DNA of 35,752 bases from a virus. Below the pieces are notes generated by a model that was not told the origin of the DNA, searched no databases, and saw only the letters and a list, made by a program, of their open reading frames with translations. The translations under genes and the position numbers were made by a program. Below, one piece after another: positions 15,777-25,236 of the stretch. The DNA lies in UHGV virus genome UHGV-0215880; one strand, written 5' to 3'. Positions within the stretch are counted from its first letter, which is position 1; the number at the start of each line of letters is the position of its first letter.

Positions 15777-15823
15777 AGCCGGATTCCTCCGGCTGTTGGT
15801 AATATTCTCGACACGAATATTAT
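15777..15823 (+). promoter_or_regulatory. Hairpin AGCCGGA/TCCGGCT (15777-15794) followed by a candidate arpU promoter: TTGGTA (15796-15801), 16 nt, TATTAT (15818-15823)
   Basis: Read directly. RBS AAAGGA and ATG 15847 lie downstream. Confidence 0.45.
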
Positions 15824-15846
15824 ACCATAAACGGGGGAATCAAAGG

Positions 15847-16314
15847 ATGGTACTTTTTGACGTAAAGAAATATGAAACACCAGATGCAAAGGACGTAGAT
15901 ATGGAACAAACAAAACATAATGTCAGTGTGTTCCTATCTGCCTATCTTGCTGCTAGATGTCGTGTTGGCCAGCCGAGGGAACCAAAAGTAACAGCTTCAT
16001 TCTCTTTGGTTCCACCATCAACGGCCAATAACGTTTTCGAAGCCGAGCAAATGTTAATCCAGAAAGAAGAAGCCCAAGAAGAGTTTGATTACCTTCATAA
16101 GCTTTTTGTTAGAGGTTATTCTGCGATTCAGCATCCGCACAAACCAGATGTTACCGAGCGAAGAAAAAGAATCTTCTATGACCGTTATATCAACGGCAAT
16201 CCGATCTATCTAGCAGCGCAACGGAATTGCATCAGCGAAGAATCAGTGAAACAAGAATCTAATATGATTATTGTTCAATTTGCTTCGGCACTGGAACTGG
16301 TTGCTTTTAAGTAG
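15847..16314 (+). CDS. arpU: ArpU/RinA-type late-gene transcriptional activator
   Basis: About 155 aa. Sits upstream of the HNH and terminase genes. The central and C-terminal regions are conserved (HNVSVFLSAYLAARCRV..., ...RIFYDRYINGNPIYLAAQRNCISEESV). The track ORF starts at a 5-prime extension with no SD. Confidence 0.7.
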   Translation: MVLFDVKKYETPDAKDVDMEQTKHNVSVFLSAYLAARCRVGQPREPKVTASFSLVPPSTANNVFEAEQMLIQKEEAQEEFDYLHKLFVRGYSAIQHPHKPDVTERRKRIFYDRYINGNPIYLAAQRNCISEESVKQESNMIIVQFASALELVAFK

Positions 16315-16326
16315 CCATTTATTACA

Positions 16327-16370
16327 CTTTTTATACCTCTTTTATACACTTTATCTACACTTCATATACC
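16327..16370 (+). repeat. Four tandem imperfect 11-bp repeats (consensus YTTTATACMCT) directly after arpU
   Basis: ctttttatacc / tcttttatacac / tttatctacac / ttcatatacc. Confidence 0.5.
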
Positions 16371-16614
16371 TTTGAAACGGGTTATTATGATAGTGTCAAA
16401 AAAATAAGAAATGCGACACACTTACACAAATACATTAACGGAACGATTGCCTACTTATTTTTTTGATTTGAGATTACAAGGAAGTAAAAAAATCTACTTT
16501 CTTCGTTTAGTCACTTGTGATCTCATTTAGATTCTCTCGCAAACTGCAAATTATAAAACTAAAGAAGTGAGGTGGATTTCCTCTCTCTTTTTTCTACAGG
16601 TTTGCGAGAGTTAA

Positions 16615-16686
16615 TGGAGCATAGCTTAATCGGTAGAGCAGCGGTCTCCAAAACCGTTAGTATAGGTTCGAGTCCTATTGTTCCAG
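16615..16686 (+). tRNA. tRNA-Trp (anticodon CCA), phage-encoded
   Basis: Hand-folded cloverleaf. Acceptor TGGAGCA/TGTTCCA with one G-U pair. D-stem GCTT/GAGC. Anticodon stem GCGGT/ACCGT, loop CTCCAAA. T-arm ATAGG-TTCGAGT-CCTAT. Discriminator G. Confidence 0.75.
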
Positions 16687-16765
16687 TAAGTGGCATAAGC
16701 TACTTAAATAATATAGATCGTCAATGAATGTTCGGACAAACAAATTGGCGCTACTACCTTTCACT

Positions 16766-16799
16766 AGGACTGCATTTATATGCAGTCCTTTTTGTTTTA
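16766..16799 (+). terminator. Strong intrinsic terminator AGGACTGCA/TGCAGTCCT followed by T10
   Basis: 9-bp perfect stem, 6-nt loop, then TTTTTGTTTT. Lies 80 nt after the tRNA. Confidence 0.8.
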
Positions 16800-16838
16800 A
16801 TTGTAGTAGGGTTTTCATTTTGAAAGGGGAAATGTCAA

Positions 16839-17126
16839 ATGGCAAAAGCAAAGAAAGAAGAAGTGCAGGAAACAAAGACTGCTAAAAAGAAACCAGCAGT
16901 TAAAGAAGTTGAGCAACCTGACAATGTGGAAGTAACTGAAGAACCTGTTGAAGCTAATGAAATTACAACAGGGACTATTAAAGTTGGTGACCTAACAATT
17001 AGTAATGAAGGTATTAAATACGAATCTACTAATGATGAAGCACCACAAACAATTGAACGCCAAACACCATTTGGGGTTGAGGTGTGGGATCCTATCGAAA
17101 AGCGCACCGTGTTGAAAGATGCCTAA
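16839..17126 (+). CDS. Hypothetical Lys/Glu-rich protein
   Basis: RBS AAAGGGGA. First gene of the late operon. Confidence 0.6.
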   Translation: MAKAKKEEVQETKTAKKKPAVKEVEQPDNVEVTEEPVEANEITTGTIKVGDLTISNEGIKYESTNDEAPQTIERQTPFGVEVWDPIEKRTVLKDA

Positions 17127-17502
17127 GTATTGCCGCCAAGAAGGTTGCCGTACTCTATTAGAAAAGGGTAGCTACTGCGACGAGCATAAGCGAAAGAAGC
17201 GAGTGATCAAACGTTACTATTCTAAAAACAAATCATTCTACAAATCAGATGACTGGAAAAGCGTTGCTGATGCTGTCCGCTTTCGTGATAAGTATAAATG
17301 TACAATTTGTCATAAACCTGTGTTTGGTCGTGATAGTCAAGTGGATCATATCAAGCCAATTTGGTTGAATCCAAATATAAGATTAGACATGAACAACTTA
17401 CGTTTGGTTTGTGCAACGTGTCATCCAAAAGTTGAATATCGTCCACAAACGCAAAAAGAAATTGAAATGAAAAAAAATTATAATCCCGCAGATTATTTTT
17501 AA
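17119..17502 (+). CDS. HNH homing-type endonuclease, terminase-associated
   Basis: CTICHKPV...VDHIKPI...NLRLVCATCH is the HNH motif. It sits immediately upstream of a P27-type small terminase, which is typical of cos-packaging phages. Confidence 0.85.
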   Translation: MPKYCRQEGCRTLLEKGSYCDEHKRKKRVIKRYYSKNKSFYKSDDWKSVADAVRFRDKYKCTICHKPVFGRDSQVDHIKPIWLNPNIRLDMNNLRLVCATCHPKVEYRPQTQKEIEMKKNYNPADYF

Positions 17503-17605
17503 GCCCCCCTCTGAAATTAATTTAAATTTTTTTTCATGGGGATAGGGTAGGGGGACCTCTTTAGACACCTCCAGAGCATTTTCAAAAAAAGAAAGGGGGG
17601 TAAAA
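17503..17605 (+). other. Candidate cos region: C6 tract followed by G-rich tracts (GGGGATAGGGTAGGGGG) between HNH and terS
   Basis: GCCCCCCT (17512-17519) is near-complementary to AGGGGGAC downstream. The position matches where cos sites sit in HNH + P27 terS phages. Confidence 0.35.
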
Positions 17606-18064
17606 ATGGCTGGACGTAAAAGTAAAAAACAAAAAATCCTTGATGAAGCCTTGCAACATAAGGAATTTGAGCGAATGCGTATCATAGAAATATTAAAATC
17701 ATTAGGAAAGTTCACGCCTGCTTTGAACCCTTTGATTGAAATGTATCTGGATGCGTGTGAAGTCTATCATATCAAGTATTTAGAGTGGAAAGACAGTGGT
17801 TTTAAATCCACAAAAGTTCACACAAACAAAAATGGGTCAAGAAACGAAATTAAGCATCCTTTGGCCCAACAAGTTGAAGTTTGGAGTGAGAAAAAAACTA
17901 AGTTATTAAACCAACTAGGCCTTGATATGAAAAGCGGTGGCCTTGATTATGTTGATCCTTTAGCAAGTGAAAATGCTAAGAAAAAAGAAGAAGCTAAAAA
18001 AGATGAACCACAAACAAATAATCGTTTGGTTGAATTTAGAAAGATGCGTGGTGGTCAATCATGA
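17606..18064 (+). CDS. terS: Terminase small subunit, P27 family
   Basis: 152 aa. Basic N-terminus MAGRKSKKQKILDEALQ. Position and size fit. RBS AAAGGGGGG. Confidence 0.8.
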   Translation: MAGRKSKKQKILDEALQHKEFERMRIIEILKSLGKFTPALNPLIEMYLDACEVYHIKYLEWKDSGFKSTKVHTNKNGSRNEIKHPLAQQVEVWSEKKTKLLNQLGLDMKSGGLDYVDPLASENAKKKEEAKKDEPQTNNRLVEFRKMRGGQS

Positions 18065-19794
18065 TTGATATGACTGTCAATTATGCTGATAAATTTGCCA
18101 AATCGGTTCGCAGACACAAAGAACGGTATCCAAAATCAATCTATTTAGCAGTTAAACGATATAACAAGTGGAAGAAACGGAAAGATATTTTCTTTGATCT
18201 GGAAAAAGCAAATTTGATGCTAAGTTTTACCGAATCATTTTATAAACATTCAACTGGTGAATGGTCGGGGCAACCGCTCGAATTAGAAGATTGGCAGAAG
18301 TTTTATTTCTCAAATATTTATGGTTGGCAAAAATGGTCTGATAAGTGGCAACGAAATGTTCGTGTTATTCGTAAATCATACCTGCAGGTGCCAAAGAAAA
18401 ACGGTAAGTCTTTAATGGAAGGCGCGCCAATTTTATATGGAATGTATGGAGAAGGTGTGAAGGGCGCCCAATTTTACTGCCTAGCCGCTGATTTTGACCA
18501 AGCGCAAAATGTTGCCAATCCTTTAGCAACCGTTATTGAAAACGATAATGATTTACTTGATGGTACACGTGTTTATCGGAAAGAAAAGAAAGTAACGACT
18601 ATCAGTTACGCTTTCTTTGAAGATGATTTCAAATATCAAAACAATTTGCGTGTGTTATCTAAGCGTGAAAAAGTCGATGGTAAAAATACTTATATTGTTG
18701 TTGCCGATGAAGTTCACGAGTGGGAGGACACGTCGAGATATGATGGTTTGAAATCAGGACAAGCTGCACAACCAGAACCATTATTTTTAGTTTGTTCTAC
18801 TGCTGGTAAAAACAGTGGGGCCTTAGGTGTTCAAATTTATCAAGATAGTAAACATATTCTTGAAGAAGATAATGACGATGACTGGTTCATTATGATTTAT
18901 GAACCAAATAAAGGTTACAACTGGGAAGATGAAAAAGTTTGGGAAATGGTCAATCCGAATTTATATGTCTCGTTTGATATCACTTTTTTACGTGGGGAAT
19001 TTAAAGATGCCTTACGAAATCCATTTAGGAAAGCCGAGTTTCTATCAAAGCATTTGAATGTTTTTGTCAATTATGCCGAAAATTATTTTGATAAAGAACA
19101 AATTGATAATTGCTTGGTAGATGATTTAGGAGATATTACAGGCGAACAAGTCGCTATCGGTATTGATTTATCCAGAACAACTGACTTGACATGCGTATCA
19201 ATTAATATTCCAACCTTTAATGATGAAGGTGAAAGCATTATAAAAATAAAACAAATGTATTTTGTACCAACGCATAATATTGAAGAAAAAGAAAAATTAA
19301 GAAATGTTCCTTATCAATATTATGCAGAACAAGGTTTTGTAACGCTTTGTGAGGGTCGTACTGTTGATTATGATCTTGTCTATAACTATGTCATTGACAT
19401 GTACAACAAATACGAATTAGACATTATTCAAATCAATTATGATCCAGCTATGTCTGAAAAGTTAGTGGAACGTTTTGAAATGGAAGGATTCAATACGGCC
19501 GAAGTAGGTCAATATCCATCAGTAATGAATGAAATGCTAGATGATTTTGAAATACTAGTAGATAACGGACGAGTTCAAACTGACAATCCGTTATTTATTT
19601 TTTGTACCAACAATACAACAGTTGTAACGAATATACAAAGTCAAAAAGCGCCCAGCAAAAGAAAGTCACCAGAACATATTGATGGTTTTGTGGCTTTTTT
19701 AATTGGTCATAAAGATTCAATGGATTTAATGGTGGAAGTTGGAAGCGAAGAAGAATATGAGGATTATATTAAACAGCTTTACAACAGAAAATAA
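18061..19794 (+). CDS. terL: Terminase large subunit
   Basis: 577 aa. ATGA overlap with terS. ATPase Walker B-like VVADEVHEW and a C-terminal nuclease region. Confidence 0.9.
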   Translation: MIDMTVNYADKFAKSVRRHKERYPKSIYLAVKRYNKWKKRKDIFFDLEKANLMLSFTESFYKHSTGEWSGQPLELEDWQKFYFSNIYGWQKWSDKWQRNVRVIRKSYLQVPKKNGKSLMEGAPILYGMYGEGVKGAQFYCLAADFDQAQNVANPLATVIENDNDLLDGTRVYRKEKKVTTISYAFFEDDFKYQNNLRVLSKREKVDGKNTYIVVADEVHEWEDTSRYDGLKSGQAAQPEPLFLVCSTAGKNSGALGVQIYQDSKHILEEDNDDDWFIMIYEPNKGYNWEDEKVWEMVNPNLYVSFDITFLRGEFKDALRNPFRKAEFLSKHLNVFVNYAENYFDKEQIDNCLVDDLGDITGEQVAIGIDLSRTTDLTCVSINIPTFNDEGESIIKIKQMYFVPTHNIEEKEKLRNVPYQYYAEQGFVTLCEGRTVDYDLVYNYVIDMYNKYELDIIQINYDPAMSEKLVERFEMEGFNTAEVGQYPSVMNEMLDDFEILVDNGRVQTDNPLFIFCTNNTTVVTNIQSQKAPSKRKSPEHIDGFVAFLIGHKDSMDLMVEVGSEEEYEDYIKQLYNRK

Positions 19795-19812
19795 CTGAAA
19801 GGAGGTGGGAAT

Positions 19813-20982
19813 TTGGGAATTAGATCATGGTTCAATCAAAGATTTCGTATGTCGAGTAAGAAAAAAGTATTAGGTAGTTCAATACTTGCGAATCAATTTG
19901 TCTTGGGTGACGAAAATATTTTATCTTCTAGCGACGTTTATCACTATCTTTTAGCAATTTCCAATATGTTTGCTTGTGGATCGTGGACAATCGAAAAAGA
20001 AGATGGAAAAGACATTAAGGGAGCCAAAGAACTGCAGAGTTTGAAACATCCAAATGGTTATTTAACCGACTTTGAATTCAAACGTTTGCTTGTAAATGTC
20101 TATTTGTTACAAGGAGAAGTATTTGTGGTGAAAGACGGTAAACAGCTTCACATCATGAAGGGAATTACACCAGAAATATCAGAAGAAGGTATCAAACAAT
20201 TTAAATATGACGGCCATACGCTTTATCAAAATGAAGTTCGCCAAATTAAAAATATTGGATTATCGAATAATTATGGCAATGGACTGATTGATTTAGCTAG
20301 AGATACTTTAGAAGGGGTCATGAATGCAGAAAAAGCTTTGACAGAAAAATATAAAAAAGGCGGCTTGTTGGCGTACTTACTGAAATTAGATACTCATTTG
20401 TCACCAAAAAACGCAATGCAAAACGCAATGCTTGATGCCATTCAAGGACAACTAGAAGAAATTCCAGACGAAGGAAAGACTGTCATTATTCCGTTGTCTA
20501 AAGGTTACGCCATCGAAGGATTCGAAAGTCCTGTTCAAGACGATAAAATTCTTTCGTATTTAAATGTCTATAAACCAGAACTTGCAAAGTTTTTAGGTTT
20601 TGATCCTGACGCATACAATCAATTATTAAAAGTTGATTTAGAGAAAGCAGCGATTTATTTAAAAGCATTCGTTGTTGATCCGATTGTTCAGAATGTCTGT
20701 GAACATTTAACGGAACTATATTTTGGACCAGAATCAACAAATCGTATTTCTTTAACAATTGATATTAAAAAGTATTTAACAATGTCACAAAAAATCACAA
20801 ATACGCAAGGTTTAGTTCGTACTATGGTTTATACACCTGATGATGCACGCGTGGATTTAGGTGCCGAACGATTAAATACAGAAGAATCAACCAAGCTCTA
20901 TGCATCGAAAGATTTGATTGGGCTAGATGAACTAACCGAGCTTAACAAGTCTAAAATGGAAGAAGGTGATTCAACTGGATAA
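19813..20982 (+). CDS. Portal protein (HK97-like)
   Basis: 389 aa directly after terL. TTG start 5 nt after GGAGGTGG. ATG 19849 is an alternative. Confidence 0.8.
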   Translation: MGIRSWFNQRFRMSSKKKVLGSSILANQFVLGDENILSSSDVYHYLLAISNMFACGSWTIEKEDGKDIKGAKELQSLKHPNGYLTDFEFKRLLVNVYLLQGEVFVVKDGKQLHIMKGITPEISEEGIKQFKYDGHTLYQNEVRQIKNIGLSNNYGNGLIDLARDTLEGVMNAEKALTEKYKKGGLLAYLLKLDTHLSPKNAMQNAMLDAIQGQLEEIPDEGKTVIIPLSKGYAIEGFESPVQDDKILSYLNVYKPELAKFLGFDPDAYNQLLKVDLEKAAIYLKAFVVDPIVQNVCEHLTELYFGPESTNRISLTIDIKKYLTMSQKITNTQGLVRTMVYTPDDARVDLGAERLNTEESTKLYASKDLIGLDELTELNKSKMEEGDSTG

Positions 20983-21550
20983 GTTGGAAATTAGAAGTTT
21001 TGATATTAAAAACATGACGACGCGTTCCCTAGATGATGGCAGTGAATCAACTGTAGTTGAGGGGTACGCGTCTGTTTTTAACTCACGTACGAACATAGAT
21101 GGTTGGTATGATGAAGAGATTGCACCTGGTGCATTTTCCGAATCACTAGCAAAAAACAAAGATGTTCGCTGCTTATTCAATCATGATTGGAATTACGTGT
21201 TAGGCCGTAAAAGTGCTAATACATTAATTATTGAAGAAGATTCAAGAGGGTTGCATTTTGAGGTTACATTGCCGAACACCACATTTGCGAATGATTTAAA
21301 AGAATCAATGTCGCGTGGTGATATTAATCAATGTAGTTTTGGTTTCTGGGTAACTGCACAAGAAGAGGACTATTCTGGTGATGTTCCACTTATTAGAATT
21401 ACCAATGTTGATTTGTGGGAAGTCTCAATTGTACCTTTGCCTGCATACGAAGATACTGAAGCTTCATTAAGAAGTAAGTTCCAAGAAAAAAACATTGAAA
21501 CAATTAAATTAAGAAATAAAATTTTAAAAACGATTGGAGAATATAAATAA
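20966..21550 (+). CDS. Prohead serine protease (HK97 family, S78)
   Basis: LEIRSF...EGYASVFNSRTNIDGWYDEEIAPGAFSESL is the U35/S78 signature. Confidence 0.85.
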   Translation: MIQLDKLEIRSFDIKNMTTRSLDDGSESTVVEGYASVFNSRTNIDGWYDEEIAPGAFSESLAKNKDVRCLFNHDWNYVLGRKSANTLIIEEDSRGLHFEVTLPNTTFANDLKESMSRGDINQCSFGFWVTAQEEDYSGDVPLIRITNVDLWEVSIVPLPAYEDTEASLRSKFQEKNIETIKLRNKILKTIGEYK

Positions 21551-22881
21551 TGAAAATGCGTAAAATTTTAGAAAAACGAGCTGCTAAATTAAAAGCAAAA
21601 TTAGCTTCAATGGAAGAACGTGCAAAAAGTGAAACTTTAACACGTGATGAATTAAGTGATATTGAATCACAAGTGGAGGAAGTCACAGCAGAATTAGACG
21701 AAATCAACGATGCTATCGCAGAATTGCCTGAAGAAGATGTGACAGAATTAGGCGATGTCGTAGATGATTTAGGCGCAGCAACTGATGAAATTGTTGAAGA
21801 AGTAGACGGAAAAGGCACTGAAGAAGATGATTTAGAACCAGCTGACGATAAAGAACGCAGCCGTGTTTTAGATATTATCGGGAAAGGTATTTCAAGTCGG
21901 GGAGAAGAAAAAGTGAAAAAATTAACTCAACGTAGCGCGTTCTTACGCTATTTGGCTGGTCGAATTACACCTAATCAAGCTCGTTCATTTGGTGTTGGTT
22001 TTAACAACGGTAAAGTATTGGTGCCACAAGAATTAAGTAAAGAGATTATTTCTTACCTACAAGAAGAAAATCCTTTGCGTAAATTTGCAAGTGTTCATCA
22101 AACTAAAGGAACTCAAGGTTTCCCAGTACAAGTAAAACAAGCCGAAGCAAATACAGTTACTAGTGAACGTGATGAAAATAATTTAATTCCATTTACTGAC
22201 ATTGAATTTGATGATGTTTACTTAAACCCAATCGAATTTGATGCAATTATTAAAGTCACGAAGAAATTAACGCATATGTCAGACTTTGACATTGAAGCTA
22301 TCGTGTTAGATGAACTAAAGAAAGCGTACTTGCGTAAAGAAACATTCTGGTATTTTTCAAGTCCTGATAACAAAGGAGCATTAGCTAAAAAAGCCGTAGC
22401 CTTTACTGGTAAAGGTGACAATGATTATTTAAAAGTTGTTCAATTAAAAAATGCTTTACCGACTGCTATGCGTTCAGGCGCTCGCTTTATGATCAATCGT
22501 GCAGCACAAACATTGTTGGAATCCATGCTAGATAGCACTGGTAATCCAATTCTTAAAGATGCTGGGAATGATGATTTTGATTACAAGTTATTTACTTATC
22601 CAGTAGAAGTTACAGACTACGCAGATAAATACAATGAAACTACGAAGAAATTCGATCCAACAGTACCAGTGATCTATTTCGGTAATTTCTCTTATTTCCA
22701 CATTCAAGATGTTATTGGCTCATTGGAAATTGAAAAATTAACTGAACTATTTGCGCGTGAAAATAAAGTCGGGTTTAAAATTTATCATTTAAACGATGGT
22801 CAATTAATTTATGGGCCGTTTGAAACACCTGTTTATAGCTTAGACTTAAGTACAACCCCAGCACCTAATCCAGGTGAATAA
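21550..22881 (+). CDS. Major capsid protein (HK97 fold) with an N-terminal coiled-coil scaffold/delta domain
   Basis: 443 aa. Acidic coiled-coil N-terminus. Single-base overlap with the protease stop. Position fits. Confidence 0.85.
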   Translation: MKMRKILEKRAAKLKAKLASMEERAKSETLTRDELSDIESQVEEVTAELDEINDAIAELPEEDVTELGDVVDDLGAATDEIVEEVDGKGTEEDDLEPADDKERSRVLDIIGKGISSRGEEKVKKLTQRSAFLRYLAGRITPNQARSFGVGFNNGKVLVPQELSKEIISYLQEENPLRKFASVHQTKGTQGFPVQVKQAEANTVTSERDENNLIPFTDIEFDDVYLNPIEFDAIIKVTKKLTHMSDFDIEAIVLDELKKAYLRKETFWYFSSPDNKGALAKKAVAFTGKGDNDYLKVVQLKNALPTAMRSGARFMINRAAQTLLESMLDSTGNPILKDAGNDDFDYKLFTYPVEVTDYADKYNETTKKFDPTVPVIYFGNFSYFHIQDVIGSLEIEKLTELFARENKVGFKIYHLNDGQLIYGPFETPVYSLDLSTTPAPNPGE

Positions 22882-22883
22882 TT

Positions 22884-23171
22884 ATGGAAATTAATCTAGA
22901 AGATTTTAAATCTCATTTACAATTTGAGGAAGGCATGGATGATGCCATGCTTGAATTTTATTTGGATATGGGTAAGAAATATGCAAAAAGGGCAACTGAT
23001 GATGAAAATTCGTCAGTTGCCTATTATATTGCATCCATTTTTTGGCTGTATAAAGTGCCAGAAGCTGAAATGGAGAATGCCTTTAATGCTTTAACGCCAT
23101 TGATTTTAAGTGAAGGGCTGGTGGTAGATGATGCCAAAAGTAACGCTAAACAGAATGAAATGGAAAGCTGA
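22884..23171 (+). CDS. Head-tail connector (gp6-like)
   Basis: 95 aa. DFKSHLQFEEGMDDAMLEFYLDMGKKYAKRAT matches the Phage_connect_1 pattern. Confidence 0.7.
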   Translation: MEINLEDFKSHLQFEEGMDDAMLEFYLDMGKKYAKRATDDENSSVAYYIASIFWLYKVPEAEMENAFNALTPLILSEGLVVDDAKSNAKQNEMES

Positions 23172-23457
23172 ACTTTGTAAACAAGTTCCTGGTTTAGATG
23201 ACAATGACAGACCAGCGATTATACATGAGAAAATTCGAGATATTTTTTATGTTGAGTTAGGTATTACCTCACAAGAAAAATATTTATCAAAACAAGCCAA
23301 AATTGATGTTGTGAGAAGAATCAGAGTTCGTTTCGATAAATCTATCACAGAAACAAAAAACACGCTTAGAATCGATTCTGTGACCTATAAAATCACTCGT
23401 ATTTATACAGATATGGATAAACGAGAAATGGAGTTGAGTTTGGCTTATGTCGATTAG
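23128..23457 (+). CDS. Head closure / head-tail adaptor protein
   Basis: 109 aa. Position fits. The gene overlaps the connector gene. Confidence 0.6.
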   Translation: MMPKVTLNRMKWKAELCKQVPGLDDNDRPAIIHEKIRDIFYVELGITSQEKYLSKQAKIDVVRRIRVRFDKSITETKNTLRIDSVTYKITRIYTDMDKREMELSLAYVD

Positions 23458-23785
23458 TTTTGAGAAATTAAGGGCAACGCTAAAAACAGTAGGTGTACCT
23501 GTGACACGTGACAAAGCGGAAAAAGGAACGGACTATCCATATATCGTGTATTCCAATGTTAGCAAAGGTAAAAAGATGGCTTCCTCTAAAGTTCATAGGC
23601 GATTGCCATATTATCAAATTTCTTTCTTTACAACAGGTACAGAAAAAGATTTGACTGATTTAGAAAATGCGTTGGAAAACGCTGGTATTTCTTATGCTGA
23701 TTTTGTAGGTATTCAGGGTGATGAAAACGATGATACAGTGACAAATTTTTATACGTATGTGAGGTGTATAGAAAATGGCCAATAA
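23447..23785 (+). CDS. Neck / tail-completion protein
   Basis: 112 aa in the neck-gene block. Confidence 0.55.
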   Translation: MSISFEKLRATLKTVGVPVTRDKAEKGTDYPYIVYSNVSKGKKMASSKVHRRLPYYQISFFTTGTEKDLTDLENALENAGISYADFVGIQGDENDDTVTNFYTYVRCIENGQ

Positions 23786-24137
23786 TAATGGATTTGCGGA
23801 TATGGGAGACTATTTGGGTACTCTTGCACAAGTAGACCCAACAAAATTGTCGTTGGAATCATTAACGAGTGCTGCCAATTTTTATAGAGAGCAGTTGCTG
23901 CCCAAAATACCTAAATCACTATTAAAGAAAAAACATATGGCTGATCAGGTAAAAGTCATTATTGAAGATGACCAAGTACAAGTTGCGTTTGAAGGAACTG
24001 CCTTTTACTGGCGATTTGCTGAAAATGGAACAAAGAATCAAAAAGCCCAGCATTTTGCTAGTGGTACGTTTGAACAAAATAAAGATCAGATTGAAAAAAT
24101 CATGACACAACAAATATTAGATTTATGGGAAGGATGA
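23775..24137 (+). CDS. HK97 gp10-family tail-completion protein
   Basis: FYWRFAENGTKNQKAQHFASGTFE resembles the gp10 core motif. Confidence 0.6.
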   Translation: MANNNGFADMGDYLGTLAQVDPTKLSLESLTSAANFYREQLLPKIPKSLLKKKHMADQVKVIIEDDQVQVAFEGTAFYWRFAENGTKNQKAQHFASGTFEQNKDQIEKIMTQQILDLWEG

Positions 24138-24781
24138 GTAATTTGGGAAAACAAGATGTGTATTATTTTGAAGGATTAGATGACATCTTAATTGCCATGA
24201 TGGCAACGCCTGATGAAGTTGGGGTGGCACCAACTTATAGTGAAGTAATTAGATTACCAATCGCTACAAAGTTAGGTATTAAGGGAAATGGAACAGCTTT
24301 AGAAAAATGGGCTTCAAGTAAAATGTTTCGTCGTGTGAGCCGTGAAACAAAACATGAAATTGGATTGGATCACGTGGGAATTCCTATCGAAGTGATGGAT
24401 GAGCTAAAAGGCTTAATTGCCCAGGCTGGTGTTACTTTTGGAAAAAATACGGCGCGTGAATTTCCTTATTTCGCCTTTGGATTTATTGGAAACATTGAAG
24501 ATGGGGGGAAGAAAGTAGTTTGGTACCCTAAAACACAATTATCAAATGTCATTGATGAAGAATATACTACTGCAGAAGACGAAACAAAAATTGATGATGT
24601 AACTGCTAATTTTGTTTCAGTCGGTTTGAAGCATAACAATGTTATGTATTCAAGCTTTGATTCTAACCGATCAAGTGCAAAATCAGGGGACTTTGAAAAA
24701 TTCATTGCACAACCTATTTACGATGAAGAACAATGGAAAAAATTAGTAACTCCATCAACACCTGGGGGTGGAGGTGAATAA
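24125..24781 (+). CDS. Major tail protein
   Basis: 218 aa, immediately upstream of the chaperone and tape-measure genes. Alternative ATG 24134 gives an ATGA overlap with the gp10-like gene. Confidence 0.75.
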   Translation: MGRMSNLGKQDVYYFEGLDDILIAMMATPDEVGVAPTYSEVIRLPIATKLGIKGNGTALEKWASSKMFRRVSRETKHEIGLDHVGIPIEVMDELKGLIAQAGVTFGKNTAREFPYFAFGFIGNIEDGGKKVVWYPKTQLSNVIDEEYTTAEDETKIDDVTANFVSVGLKHNNVMYSSFDSNRSSAKSGDFEKFIAQPIYDEEQWKKLVTPSTPGGGGE

Positions 24782-25236
24782 TGGCAAAGTTAGCTGATTA
24801 TGGGATTGTCGTTTCAGATACACCAACTGTCACAATTAAAGGTCATCAGTTCCCAATCTTGTTAACCATGGAAACCATGGAGCATATTGCGGATATTTAT
24901 GATGACGACTATTCAAAATTTGAAGAAGATATGAACGCAATGCTAAATAAGAGTGGTGGACGTATCTCTTCAAAAGAATTATCTGCTTCGGATTTAAAGA
25001 TCATGCGTGCTTTAATTTATGGCATGTTAAAAACTGGCGGATTAGACGAAACACCAGAAACAATTTTTAAATTCTTAGGAATGAATTCTACGGTTGTTGA
25101 AGTTTATGGGGCCTGCATGGAGGTATTCGCAGCACAGAATTTTCAAGATGTTGATGTAAAAAAATCCAAGAAGCCACAAGATTATCAAACTCCGCAACAA
25201 AAGAAAAACAAAAAGAAAAAACACAAACGGAAGTAG
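24781..25236 (+). CDS. Tail assembly chaperone (gpG-like). A −1 frameshift in the A-rich 3-prime end would extend it to 25412 (gpGT-like).
   Basis: Position between the major tail protein and TMP. Lys-rich C-terminus over AAGAAAAAACACAAA. The −1 frame is open from about 25200 to the TAG at 25410-25412. Confidence 0.7.
   Translation: MAKLADYGIVVSDTPTVTIKGHQFPILLTMETMEHIADIYDDDYSKFEEDMNAMLNKSGGRISSKELSASDLKIMRALIYGMLKTGGLDETPETIFKFLGMNSTVVEVYGACMEVFAAQNFQDVDVKKSKKPQDYQTPQQKKNKKKKHKRK

Noticed and set aside
15454-15913. Minus-strand ORFs 15454-15645 and 15728-15913 in the hairpin region and over the arpU start
   Set aside because: No SD. The sequence before the first ATG is CTCCTTTT on that strand. 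They overlap the promoter and start of the well-supported arpU gene. Likely non-coding.
16675-17107. Minus-strand ORFs 16675-16875 and 16835-17107
   Set aside because: The first overlaps the tRNA-Trp 3-prime end and its terminator. The second is a Ser/Thr-rich antisense shadow of the Lys/Glu-rich 16839-17126 gene.
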